Assembly (NCBI GenBank): GCA_004214055.1
Contig: SGYT01000002.1
Span: forward strand, 1 to 57,075
Length of the DNA stretch: 57,075 bases
Reading direction: 5' to 3'
Origin: Candidatus Actinomarinales bacterium
Lineage (GTDB): Bacteria; Actinomycetota; Acidimicrobiia; Actinomarinales; Actinomarinaceae
A model generated the notes under the pieces. That model did not search any database and had not been told where the DNA came from. It saw only the letters and a program-made list of their open reading frames with translations. This document shows positions 39,469 to 48,718 of the stretch, piece by piece (positions within the stretch are counted from its first letter, which is position 1; each line of letters starts with the position of its first letter). The position numbers were made by a program, and so were the translations under genes.

Positions 39469-40770
39469 ATGATAGAAAACAATAAGAATGAAGTTTTAAT
39501 ACTAGGATTGCCAAATTCAGGTAAGTCGACCTTGGTAAATGTACTTACATCAAAAAAAGTATCAATTATTGGTTCGACACCAAATACTACAAGAGATAAA
39601 GTGACAACTAATACTGTAATCAATAATAAACAAGTAGTTATATCTGATTTACCTGGGTATTTAGAAGATCCAGACGAACTAAATAAAAAATTCCAAAATA
39701 AATTAGATGAATATATTAAACAAGCAAATCTAATTCTATTTGTGATTGATGTAAATACAAAAAATTATAAAGGACTAGATAAATTAAATAAAATATTGAG
39801 AAATCAAGATAAAACAATATTTACAGTATTTAATAAATGTGAAAATTTCAATTCTTATGATTTAGATAAAAATTTATATAAATATATATTTGATCTTGAT
39901 TTTTATATTTCATCTATTCACAAAACAGGTATTGACGAATTAAGTAATGGTATTTCAAAAAAAATAAAGAAAGGCAATACTGATTCAAGATTGATTAATA
40001 AAGAGAATTCGTTAGTACTGATTGGAAGACCTAATTCAGGAAAATCTACGTTATTTAATTCATTACTAGACAATGAAAGGTCCGTAGTTTCATCTACAGC
40101 TGGTACTACTAGAGATGTAATAAAAGATACTTTGAGTTTAAATAATAAACAATATCAAATTATAGATACCGCTGGTGTCCCAAGAAATAAACAGAAAAAT
40201 CAAATTGATAGATATGCTTCATATCTTGCTGTAAATGAATTAAACAATTCTTTAACAGCATTAATTATTATTGATTCAACTGTTGGATTAAGTTTTGAGG
40301 ACTTAAGATTAATTAATGAGTGTGTTGAAAATAATGTTACGCCAATATTAATTATGAACAAATGGGACCTACTAGATACTGAAGATAAAGATATCATTAA
40401 TAAAAATATTAAGGATAATTTAAAAAGGTTTGATTGGATAATAATACTAAGAACATCTGCCTTAACAAAAAAAGGGATTAATTTAATAGAAAAGACATTA
40501 GAGGAGCTTTATAAACAACAACAAATAAGAGTCTCCACTTCAGAATTAAATATTTTCCTAAGAGAATTATGGGTATCTAAACCTCCTCATCCATTTAGAG
40601 GAAAACGATCAAAATTAAAATATGCTACACAATATCAAATCTTACCTCCCTCTGTAGCAATTAATTTAAATGGTAGAATTCCACTAAATTATCAAAATTT
40701 TTTAATATCTAAACTAAGACAAAAATATGGTTTTTATAATATTTGTATAAAAATTAAATATAACTTATAA
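39469..40770 (+). CDS. der: ribosome-associated GTPase Der (EngA)
   Basis: 433 aa with two tandem GTPase domains (GLPNSGKST..DLPG..NKCE and GRPNSGKST..DTAG..NKWD) and a C-terminal KH-like domain. Confidence 0.93.
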   Translation: MIENNKNEVLILGLPNSGKSTLVNVLTSKKVSIIGSTPNTTRDKVTTNTVINNKQVVISDLPGYLEDPDELNKKFQNKLDEYIKQANLILFVIDVNTKNYKGLDKLNKILRNQDKTIFTVFNKCENFNSYDLDKNLYKYIFDLDFYISSIHKTGIDELSNGISKKIKKGNTDSRLINKENSLVLIGRPNSGKSTLFNSLLDNERSVVSSTAGTTRDVIKDTLSLNNKQYQIIDTAGVPRNKQKNQIDRYASYLAVNELNNSLTALIIIDSTVGLSFEDLRLINECVENNVTPILIMNKWDLLDTEDKDIINKNIKDNLKRFDWIIILRTSALTKKGINLIEKTLEELYKQQQIRVSTSELNIFLRELWVSKPPHPFRGKRSKLKYATQYQILPPSVAINLNGRIPLNYQNFLISKLRQKYGFYNICIKIKYNL

Positions 40771-40860
40771 ATGGAAAATTTTGGATTTAAATTAGGTACT
40801 TTTTTATTTGGGTTTTACCTAATTATTAGGTTTTTTCAAATTATTTTTATTAATTTATAA
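40771..40860 (+). CDS. possible 29-aa hydrophobic micro-ORF (MENFGFKLGTFLFGFYLIIRFFQIIFINL)
   Basis: The ATG immediately follows the der stop and the stop TAA is at 40858-40860. The ORF is not in the supplied track and could equally be non-coding leader or terminator sequence. Confidence 0.2.
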   Translation: MENFGFKLGTFLFGFYLIIRFFQIIFINL

Positions 40861-40944
40861 CTCATTTTTTTAAAATTTCAATGTTTTTTGGTAAAAAACT
40901 CTCATATTTATTGTATTAATAATAAGTCCATCTAATATTAGATG

Positions 40945-40963
40945 ATTCCACTTAATGTGGAAT
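40945..40963. promoter_or_regulatory. 7-bp perfect inverted repeat ATTCCAC-N5-GTGGAAT upstream of the ABC-transporter SBP gene (candidate operator)
   Basis: Seen directly at 40945-40951 and 40957-40963, 25 nt upstream of the TTG start and just before the SD AAGGAG (40977-40982). Confidence 0.25.
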
Positions 40964-40987
40964 TTTTGTATACAAAAAGGAGAAACT

Positions 40988-42967
40988 TTGAGTAATTTCA
41001 CAGGATCTAGATCTTGGCGATTTTTATTACTTTTCACAGTTTTTGCTATGGTAGTTGTTGCTTGTGGAGGCACGAGCGACGATACTGCAGAAGAAGTAGT
41101 AGAGGAAGCTCCGGCTGAAACTGCTGCTCCTGCAACTACTGCAGCAGCTGCTGAGGAAGCTGCACCATCCGGACCGGACGGTGTTTATAAAATGGCTATA
41201 TTCTCAGATCCACAAACACAGAATTATTGGAATTATCTTGATACAGAAACTGACGTTTGGACAGCATATGTAATGTCTGGCCAAGCTGTTTCACTATTCT
41301 CTATTTCATATCCAAACTATCAGCTAGTAACAGGAATAGCTGATGAATTAGTTGAAACTTCAACTGATAATGGTGACGGTACATATACATATACTGTTCC
41401 TATAACACAAGGATACGAATGGAGTGATGGTTCACCTATTACAGCAAACGATATGGTATTTACATATAATACCGCACAAGGACTTGGTCTTTTAAGCAAC
41501 TGGGAAACTTCTTACGCAGCTGCTGATGAAGAGACTTTAGGAATTGTTAGTTTGGTTGCTGTTGATGACTATACTGTTGCAATCACTTTAAACTTTGATG
41601 CAGGACTTTCTGCATGGCAATATAAAATTGCACAAGCACCAATACTTCCAGAAAGTTATTGGGCGCAATACGCTACTGATAGAGAAACTCTATTAGCAGC
41701 TGACGGGAGCGCAGCTCCTGTAGCGAGTGCTTTTGAATATGACAAAGTTGAACAAGGTGCATTCTACACATGGTCATATGATTCAGATACAATGTGGTTC
41801 GGCGGAGATACTACTATTTATAAGAGTGGTACAGCTGTTGAATGGGATAATGGAAAAGCTCCAAAAGTTAGTGCATCATTTGGTGACACTAGTGGAGAAG
41901 CTCAACTATCTTATACAGCAGGACCTTATGTAGGTACTGTTGAGTTCACATTATATAGTGATCAGGATGCTGCTTATTTAGCATTCCAAAATGGGGAAGT
42001 AGACTTTGTTCTCAACCCATTAGGTGTAAAGAGAAATCTTTTTGACCAACTATCAAGAGTTCAAGGTGTCGAAACTGTTGCCAACTTAGGTAATGGTATG
42101 AGATACATGGCTTTCAATACAAGAATTTTCCCTGGTAGTGACAAAGCATTTAGACAATCAGTAGCTTGTATATCTGATAAAGAATTTGTGCTTGATAACG
42201 TTCTACAAGGGGTAGCTGTAAATATGGACGGACAAATGCCTGAAGCATTAACAGCGTGGGTAGCACCAGTAACTGGTGTACTTGCGGACTGTGCTGGCTT
42301 ATCTGCTGAAGAAAGATTCAACAAATCAGTTGAAATCCTTCAAGCTGGTGGATGGACAGCAAGCGACTGGGGTTCACACCCAGGCGGTGCTGACAGAGCA
42401 GTAGCTCCTACAGGAGTTAAAGGTCCTGGTGGGGAAACTCCACCGAGCGATATGTTACTATACGCTCCAGGTGCAGGTTATGACCCATTAAGATCAACTA
42501 TGTCATTGTTCATAGCAGATTGGATGCAACAACTTGGTTTCGACGTAACTGCTAGACCAACAGGTTTCAGCGTTATTGTTGACAAGGTGTTCACACCAGA
42601 AAATTGTAAAGACTGGTATTTTTATATGCTTGGATGGGGTTTGAGTGCATACCCAGACCATCCAGTTGATTTCTTCAACTCAGCGTATGACACATGCGAT
42701 GGTGGATATAATACACCAGGATTTAACAATGCTGAATTTGACGCTTTAACTGACCAGTTCAAAGCAGCAAAGACAGTTAGTGAAGCTATAGCAATATCAC
42801 AGGCAATGGAAGCAATATTGTTTGAAGAAATGCCTTACTTAGTGTTGTTTAACGTACCAACACTTGAGGTATATCGAAGCAATGTTGAATTCCCATTCAC
42901 TGATGTATTGGATGGTTTAACTGGTACAGGTGGCGGATACCCATCAAACGTAAAAGTATCTGATTAA
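40988..42967 (+). CDS. ABC transporter substrate-binding lipoprotein, family 5 (peptide/nickel/opine type)
   Basis: I place the start at TTG 40988, 5 nt after the strong SD AAGGAG. The signal peptide has the lipobox VVAC-GG, followed by an Ala/Glu/Pro/Thr linker and then an SBP_bac_5-like body. The gene is followed by two permease and two ATPase genes. The track ORF start at 40955 lies inside the inverted repeat and has no SD. Confidence 0.85.
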   Translation: MSNFTGSRSWRFLLLFTVFAMVVVACGGTSDDTAEEVVEEAPAETAAPATTAAAAEEAAPSGPDGVYKMAIFSDPQTQNYWNYLDTETDVWTAYVMSGQAVSLFSISYPNYQLVTGIADELVETSTDNGDGTYTYTVPITQGYEWSDGSPITANDMVFTYNTAQGLGLLSNWETSYAAADEETLGIVSLVAVDDYTVAITLNFDAGLSAWQYKIAQAPILPESYWAQYATDRETLLAADGSAAPVASAFEYDKVEQGAFYTWSYDSDTMWFGGDTTIYKSGTAVEWDNGKAPKVSASFGDTSGEAQLSYTAGPYVGTVEFTLYSDQDAAYLAFQNGEVDFVLNPLGVKRNLFDQLSRVQGVETVANLGNGMRYMAFNTRIFPGSDKAFRQSVACISDKEFVLDNVLQGVAVNMDGQMPEALTAWVAPVTGVLADCAGLSAEERFNKSVEILQAGGWTASDWGSHPGGADRAVAPTGVKGPGGETPPSDMLLYAPGAGYDPLRSTMSLFIADWMQQLGFDVTARPTGFSVIVDKVFTPENCKDWYFYMLGWGLSAYPDHPVDFFNSAYDTCDGGYNTPGFNNAEFDALTDQFKAAKTVSEAIAISQAMEAILFEEMPYLVLFNVPTLEVYRSNVEFPFTDVLDGLTGTGGGYPSNVKVSD

Positions 42968-42978
42968 AAAAAATTATT

Positions 42979-43016
42979 ACATAGGTGAGCTTTAATAGCT
43001 CACCTATGTATTTTTT
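42979..43016 (+). terminator. rho-independent terminator/attenuator after the SBP gene
   Basis: 12-bp perfect stem ACATAGGTGAGC / GCTCACCTATGT with loop TTTAATA, followed by A-TTTTTT. Confidence 0.85.
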
Positions 43017-43071
43017 ACCCAAATCCTATTAAAATAAATAGGTCCTATAAAAAATAGGAAGAGGATAAATT

Positions 43072-44244
43072 ATGGCAGAATACATAATCAGAAGAACACT
43101 TCAAATGATTGTTGTATTTTTTATTTTCTTAGTCTCATCATATTTGTTATTTAATGCCATTCCGGGAAATGCTTTTTCAAATTTATTATTAAATCCTGAT
43201 CTTCCACCTGATGCATATGAAAAAGTATTAGCTACCTATGGACTAGATAAACCTATTATGGAAAGAGTCCAACTATATGTAGTTAACTTTTTTAAAGGAG
43301 ATTTTGGATATTCATATAAGTATTATCCTAAAACCCCTATTGAATTAATCGCTGAAAGACTACCAAGAACATTAATGCTGTTTGCAATTGTAAATATTGT
43401 TGCTTTCTATACAGGATTCCTAGTTGGTAAAGTTTTAGCGTGGAGAAGAGGGTCTAAATCCGAAACATGGATAACTGTAACGTCAGTTTTTTCATATACT
43501 GTTTTTTATCCATGGTTTGCTCTTATGATGTTATGGTTCTTTGGTTATAAAATGGGTTGGTTCCCAATTGGTAAATTTTTATATCCAGAAAAATGGTATA
43601 CCGCTCCATGGGATAGTGATGTTATTTTTGTTTTAATGATTAAGTTCACAGCAATAATATCAATTATTCAGTTCATTGCATACATAATGACAAGAGGAAT
43701 TGAATCTTTATCACAAAGAAGAAATTTAAGATTTGCAAGTTTATTAACTATTGCTGTCGGTAGTTACTTCTTTTGGAATACTGGTGATGCGTTAACTAAG
43801 AAACCGTATGCTGCTGATATTGCATACCATATGATATTACCCGTTATTGTTGTAACAATTGTAGCTTTTGCTGGTACAGCCTTATTAACAAGAACAACCA
43901 TGGTTGAAGTTATAAAGGAAGATTACATTTTAACTGCAAGAGCAAAAGGTCTTAGTCAAAAAAGAATTAGGGATAGACATGCAGCAAGAACAGCACTTTT
44001 GCCAGTTGTAACATCATTTATTTTTACAATTGTAACAATCATTGATGGTTCAGTTTTAACAGAAACAATATTTTCATGGCCTGGAATGGGTCAATTATTA
44101 CTTCAAAGCGTATTAGAAGAGGATATACCTGTAGCAATGGCAACATTTTCTTTTGTGGGTGTTTTTGCTTTAATAGCTCATTTAGTAGCAGATATATCAT
44201 ATTCATACTTAGATCCAAGAATAAGAATTAAGTCACAGGGGTAA
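43072..44244 (+). CDS. ABC transporter permease (DppB/OppB-like)
   Basis: 390 aa with the N-terminal YIIRR..motif and the EAA-type loop YILTARAKGLSQKRIRDRHAARTALLPV. SD GGAAGAGGA lies upstream. Confidence 0.9.
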   Translation: MAEYIIRRTLQMIVVFFIFLVSSYLLFNAIPGNAFSNLLLNPDLPPDAYEKVLATYGLDKPIMERVQLYVVNFFKGDFGYSYKYYPKTPIELIAERLPRTLMLFAIVNIVAFYTGFLVGKVLAWRRGSKSETWITVTSVFSYTVFYPWFALMMLWFFGYKMGWFPIGKFLYPEKWYTAPWDSDVIFVLMIKFTAIISIIQFIAYIMTRGIESLSQRRNLRFASLLTIAVGSYFFWNTGDALTKKPYAADIAYHMILPVIVVTIVAFAGTALLTRTTMVEVIKEDYILTARAKGLSQKRIRDRHAARTALLPVVTSFIFTIVTIIDGSVLTETIFSWPGMGQLLLQSVLEEDIPVAMATFSFVGVFALIAHLVADISYSYLDPRIRIKSQG

Positions 44245-44246
44245 AA

Positions 44247-45326
44247 ATGAGTAACACTTTAAAAGAACAAGAAGAACTACAGAAACAACTAAGAAAAGAA
44301 GCAATTAGAAAAAACTGGAAATTATTTTCACAAAGTAAATTGGGAATGATTGGTTTATACATTGTAGCTTTTTTCTTATTTTTGGCATTGTTACAACCGT
44401 TTTTATTTATTACTGGAATTTGGAATCCAGCTATTTACGATCCAGTTGTTGGTTATGATAAAATTAGTGCTAATTTACTAGTAATTGAATGTCCTAAAGA
44501 ATATCCGTCAGAGAAATATGAATCTTACGAGGATTGCCCCGGACCCGGTGAGGTTAATATTAAGAAACTTTATATGGCTCCAGATCTCGAAGTTGGAGAT
44601 TATTATGATACATTTATTCAACCAGCACCACCATCAAGAACCCATTTACTAGGTACAGATTCATTAGGTAGAGATGTTTTTTCACAAATAATGGAAGGAA
44701 GCCAGGTTGCATTTGTACTTGGTTTACTCAGTGCTACTTTAGGAGTTGGTATTTCAACAATTCTTGGTACTATTGCTGCTTTTTTCGGAGGTAGAGTAGA
44801 TGCATATCTAATGAGACAATCAGACTTAGTATTGATGTTACCAAGCCTTCCATTGCTATTTATTATCTCAGCTTTTGCAGAATTAAAAGTATGGCATTTA
44901 GCTATAGTCTTAGGAGTACTAGGTGGGTTAGGCGGATCGGTGATAACTATTAAATCTCAAGCTTTACAAGTAAAAGTTAAACCATATGTAGACTCTGCAA
45001 GAATTACAGGTGGTTCTAAATGGCAAATATTATTTCAGCATATTTTGCCAAATGTTGCCCCTCTAGCTCTTCTATTCATGGTATTTTCAGTTACAGGCGC
45101 AATTGCTTCTGAATCAGTTCTTTCATTTCTAGGATTGCTTAATATAGATATGAGCTGGGGTATTATGATTTATTTATCACAGACTGATGGATTTATATTC
45201 TCAGGATTAGATTTTTGGTGGTTAATACTTCCTGCTGGACTAGCAGTAACATTCCTAGCAGGTGGTTTTTATTTAGTGGGTAGGGGATTAGACGAAGTTT
45301 TCAACCCTAGATTGAGAAAAAGATAG
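44247..45326 (+). CDS. ABC transporter permease (DppC/OppC-like)
   Basis: 359 aa with HLLGTDSLGRDVFSQ and the EAA loop YVDSARITGGSKWQILFQHILPNV. Confidence 0.9.
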   Translation: MSNTLKEQEELQKQLRKEAIRKNWKLFSQSKLGMIGLYIVAFFLFLALLQPFLFITGIWNPAIYDPVVGYDKISANLLVIECPKEYPSEKYESYEDCPGPGEVNIKKLYMAPDLEVGDYYDTFIQPAPPSRTHLLGTDSLGRDVFSQIMEGSQVAFVLGLLSATLGVGISTILGTIAAFFGGRVDAYLMRQSDLVLMLPSLPLLFIISAFAELKVWHLAIVLGVLGGLGGSVITIKSQALQVKVKPYVDSARITGGSKWQILFQHILPNVAPLALLFMVFSVTGAIASESVLSFLGLLNIDMSWGIMIYLSQTDGFIFSGLDFWWLILPAGLAVTFLAGGFYLVGRGLDEVFNPRLRKR

Positions 45327-46301
45327 ATGAGTAAAGAAGTTTTAGTAGTTGATGGTCTTAATATGCATTATGAAACACTTGATGGTCTTGTTCAAGCTGT
45401 AAAAGACGTTTCATTTACCCTAAAACAAGGTGAATCTTTTGGACTAGTTGGAGAATCAGGATGTGGAAAAACTTCAGTAGCTATGTCCCTCTTGCAACTA
45501 CAGCCCGATAATGCAAAAATTTCAAGTGGAAGTATAAAACTTGATGGCATTGAATTAGTAGGAATGACAGAAAAAGAACTAAGAACAGTTAGGTGGGATG
45601 GAATAAGTATTGTGTTTCAAGGAGCTATGAATGCTTGGAATCCTGTTGCAAAGATTGGTGAGCAAATTAGAGAAGCTATTAGAGAACATAGGCCAGATAA
45701 CTCCAAAGATGAAAATACAGAAAAGATTACTGAACTTTTTAATATTGTAGGGTTAGATTCCTCAGTAATGGATAGGTATCCGCATGAATTATCAGGTGGA
45801 ATGAAACAAAGAGCTATGATAGCTCTTGCGCTTTCATGCGATCCTAAAGTAGTTATTGCTGATGAGCCAACTACTGCACTTGATGTTGTTATTCAAGATC
45901 AAATACTTAAAGAATTAAAAAAAGTTCAAGAACTACTAGGTTTAAGCTTAATTTATATTTCTCATGATATTGCTGTAATTGCAGAAATGACTAACAATAT
46001 GGCTGTTATGTACGCAGGATCAATCGTTGAATTAGGCCCAACTAAAGATGTTTTTAGTAAACCAAAACATGCATATACAAGATTGTTATTAGAATCTACA
46101 CCATCTGTAGTTGGAGAAAAAAAGAAATTAAGATCATTAGATGGTGAACCACCAAGTTTAATTGATGAAAAAAAAGGATGTTCTTTTTCACCAAGATGTC
46201 CAGCGCCAAGTAAAGAATGTAAAAATCAAGAATTAGAAATGAAATTAATAGAAGTAGTTAAAGGGCATTATGCTGACCAATGCTGTGTTGAGTGTGGATA
46301 A
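45327..46301 (+). CDS. ABC transporter ATP-binding protein (DppD/OppD-like)
   Basis: 324 aa with Walker A GESGCGKT, signature LSGGMKQR, Walker B IADEPTTALD and a C-terminal oligopeptide-type Cys-rich extension. Confidence 0.92.
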   Translation: MSKEVLVVDGLNMHYETLDGLVQAVKDVSFTLKQGESFGLVGESGCGKTSVAMSLLQLQPDNAKISSGSIKLDGIELVGMTEKELRTVRWDGISIVFQGAMNAWNPVAKIGEQIREAIREHRPDNSKDENTEKITELFNIVGLDSSVMDRYPHELSGGMKQRAMIALALSCDPKVVIADEPTTALDVVIQDQILKELKKVQELLGLSLIYISHDIAVIAEMTNNMAVMYAGSIVELGPTKDVFSKPKHAYTRLLLESTPSVVGEKKKLRSLDGEPPSLIDEKKGCSFSPRCPAPSKECKNQELEMKLIEVVKGHYADQCCVECG

Positions 46302-46304
46302 TAT

Positions 46305-47258
46305 ATGAGTAAAAATATAATTGAAGTAAAAAATTTAGAAAAATATTATGAAATATCTGGGGGATTTTTTAGTAGAACAAAAGGAGTAGTAAAGGCTGTA
46401 GATGATGTTAGTTTTGAAATACCTGTTGGAGAAAGTCTTGGTTTAGTAGGTCAGAGTGGTTGTGGTAAAACAACTACTGCTCGTTCACTATGTTTACTTG
46501 ATCCAAAGACAAATGGTGAAATTAATTTTTTAAATCCAGAAACACAAAAGTTGGAAAGTATTGATGATCTTGATGATATAGAATTAAAAAACTTTAGAAG
46601 AAATATACAAATGATATTTCAAGACCCATATGAATCTCTAAATCCAAGATGGACAATTAAAGATATTATACTTGAACCTTTAAATATTCATAATATTGGT
46701 AATTTAGCAGACAGAGAAGAAGCAGTTAAAGAAATTCTTAAAACTGTTGGGTTAACCCCTCCAGAAAATTATATGCCAAGATATCCACATGAACTGTCTG
46801 GAGGTCAGAGACAGAGAGTTTCTATTGCGAGAACTTTAATTATGAAGCCTAAATTTGTTGTATGTGATGAACCTACTTCTATGTTAGATGTTTCAATAAG
46901 GATATCAATTATGGATCTTATGTTGAATCTTGCAAAAGATTTAGGTATTTCATACTTATATATAACTCATGATTTGGCTGTTGCAAGGTATATGTGTAAT
47001 AGAATTGCTGTAATGTTTAATGGTAAAATAGTAGAAATTGCGGAAACAGAAAAATTACTTAGTAATCCTGTTCATCCATACACCAAAAGATTAATATCTT
47101 CCATTCCTGTACCAGATCCTAAGTACAACAGAGTTGAGTATGATTTGAACTATGACGAACTTGATGAAATAATTAAAAACAACCCTGATAAAAAGATGGT
47201 CGATATAGGGGGAGAGCATTTCATAGCAACACACGATGTAAAGGATATTCTTTATTGA
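46305..47258 (+). CDS. ABC transporter ATP-binding protein (DppF/OppF-like)
   Basis: 317 aa with Walker A GQSGCGKT, signature LSGGQRQR and Walker B VCDEPTSMLD. Confidence 0.92.
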   Translation: MSKNIIEVKNLEKYYEISGGFFSRTKGVVKAVDDVSFEIPVGESLGLVGQSGCGKTTTARSLCLLDPKTNGEINFLNPETQKLESIDDLDDIELKNFRRNIQMIFQDPYESLNPRWTIKDIILEPLNIHNIGNLADREEAVKEILKTVGLTPPENYMPRYPHELSGGQRQRVSIARTLIMKPKFVVCDEPTSMLDVSIRISIMDLMLNLAKDLGISYLYITHDLAVARYMCNRIAVMFNGKIVEIAETEKLLSNPVHPYTKRLISSIPVPDPKYNRVEYDLNYDELDEIIKNNPDKKMVDIGGEHFIATHDVKDILY

Positions 47259-47806
47259 AATTTAAGGATATTTTTTTATTACCGAACTTGATAACAATAT
47301 CAAGACTATTAATAACTATTTATATCTTTTTTATGTATGAACCTGAAGAATTTTCTAATGTTAATTTAATATTAATAATCGCAATTATTGGTATTAGTGA
47401 TTCAATAGATGGAATTGTTGCTCGTAAATTCAATCTTGTCTCAAAATTAGGAATTATATTAGATCCTGTAACTGATCGAATAGTGTTTCTACTATTAATT
47501 TTTTGGTTATCTTCATTTTTTAATATAAATTTTTTAGTTTTACTTGTAATTAGAGAAATATTGGTCTCGATTGGTGGACTATTTGTACTAAAGAAACAAA
47601 AAACAGTTAAAGTATCAAATAAAGGAAAAGCAGGTACAGCATTAATATTCATTTCGTTATGCTTATCCGCACTAGATCCAGCTTTAATTAATGTTAATTT
47701 CTCTTTATTCGTTACATTTGTTGACTATTTTCTTATTTTTTCTCTAATTTTTTACTACTTTGTAGCATTAGAATATTTATATAATTTAATTAAAAAAAAT
47801 GAATAA
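47255..47806 (+). CDS. pgsA: CDP-alcohol phosphatidyltransferase (PgsA-type)
   Basis: 183 aa with DSIDGIVARKFNLVSKLGIILDPVTDR, which is the D-x2-DG-x2-AR..G-x3-D-x3-D signature. TTG start overlapping the upstream stop. Confidence 0.88.
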   Translation: MKFKDIFLLPNLITISRLLITIYIFFMYEPEEFSNVNLILIIAIIGISDSIDGIVARKFNLVSKLGIILDPVTDRIVFLLLIFWLSSFFNINFLVLLVIREILVSIGGLFVLKKQKTVKVSNKGKAGTALIFISLCLSALDPALINVNFSLFVTFVDYFLIFSLIFYYFVALEYLYNLIKKNE

Positions 47807-48149
47807 CGATACTATACCTTTTGAAGACTCATTATTTGTAAATCAAAGTGGAAAATATATTTTATCTATTTTAAATGAAGATGTTAAATCATCCTCCTGG
47901 CTTCTAACTAATGGTATTCATAAAATTGGAAGATTAGATGATAAAGAGATAATTTTAGATGACGTAACTGTATCAAGAAATCATGGATATATTTCTGTAG
48001 ATGATGATAATTTGCATATACATGATGAAGGGTCAACCAATGGAATATTTGTAAATGGGGAATTAATAAAAGAAGCTATTTTAAAATCAGGAACAAGAAT
48101 TCAAATAGGTAAGTACTTTCTTATAGTTTCTTCTGTTAGTGAAGCATGA
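47799..48149 (+). CDS. garA: FHA-domain protein, GarA/OdhI-like
   Basis: 116 aa. The FHA core IGRLDDKEIILDDVTVSRNHGYI..GSTNGIFVNG closely parallels GarA (FLDDVTVSRRHAEF..GSLNGTYVN). A MerR-type gene lies downstream, as in odhI-ftsR. Confidence 0.75.
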   Translation: MNNDTIPFEDSLFVNQSGKYILSILNEDVKSSSWLLTNGIHKIGRLDDKEIILDDVTVSRNHGYISVDDDNLHIHDEGSTNGIFVNGELIKEAILKSGTRIQIGKYFLIVSSVSEA

Positions 48150-48718
48150 ATATAGGAGAAGCTGTAAAGCATATTAAGAAAAAATATCCATCTGTCACAA
48201 TATCAAGACTTCGATTTTTAGAAAAAGAAGGTTTAATTAATCCTAAAAGATCAAAAGGCGGAACAAGAATATTTACTACTAAAGATATAGATAGAATTAT
48301 GAAGATATTAAATTTGCAAGAAGATAAATTTTATAGTCTTAAAGCAATAAAAAATAATGAACAACTTATTTCAAGTACAATAAATAAGGATATAAAAATA
48401 CAAGAATATTCAAAACATGATTTATTAAAAAAATCAGGAATTACGAATGATAACTTTAATGAGTTAATTGAATATAATTTTGAAATAGAAAAAAATATAT
48501 ACGATCAAAACGATCTTGAAAGATTATCAGCTTTTGCATATTTTTTTAATATAGGGTTAACAGCTAAAAACTTTTCCATAATTAAAAGTTCTGCTGAAAG
48601 AGGTTTAGGTTTTTTTGATATGATTAAAACAACTCATGAAATAAATGAAGACGATATGGAAATTGCTATTAAGTATTTTTCTATTATTGTTGGGAGTTAT
48701 ATATTAAAAGATACATAA
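48146..48718 (+). CDS. MerR-family transcriptional regulator (FtsR/Rv1828-like by position)
   Basis: 190 aa with N-terminal HTH IGEAVKHIKKKYPSVTISRLRFLEKEGLINPKRSKGGTRIFT. It lies directly after the GarA-like gene. Confidence 0.65.
   Translation: MNIGEAVKHIKKKYPSVTISRLRFLEKEGLINPKRSKGGTRIFTTKDIDRIMKILNLQEDKFYSLKAIKNNEQLISSTINKDIKIQEYSKHDLLKKSGITNDNFNELIEYNFEIEKNIYDQNDLERLSAFAYFFNIGLTAKNFSIIKSSAERGLGFFDMIKTTHEINEDDMEIAIKYFSIIVGSYILKDT

Noticed and set aside
40818-40836. A CCTAAT/ATTAGG hairpin plus T6 as the der terminator.
   Set aside because: Once a viable loop is allowed, the stem is only 4-5 bp of AT-rich pairs. It also overlaps the candidate micro-ORF. It is too weak to call as a feature.
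40955-40987. The ATG at 40955 as the start of the SBP gene, as given in the ORF track.
   Set aside because: It has no SD and lies inside the inverted repeat. The extra residues (MWNFCIQKGET) precede the signal peptide. The in-frame TTG at 40988 sits 5 nt after a strong AAGGAG.
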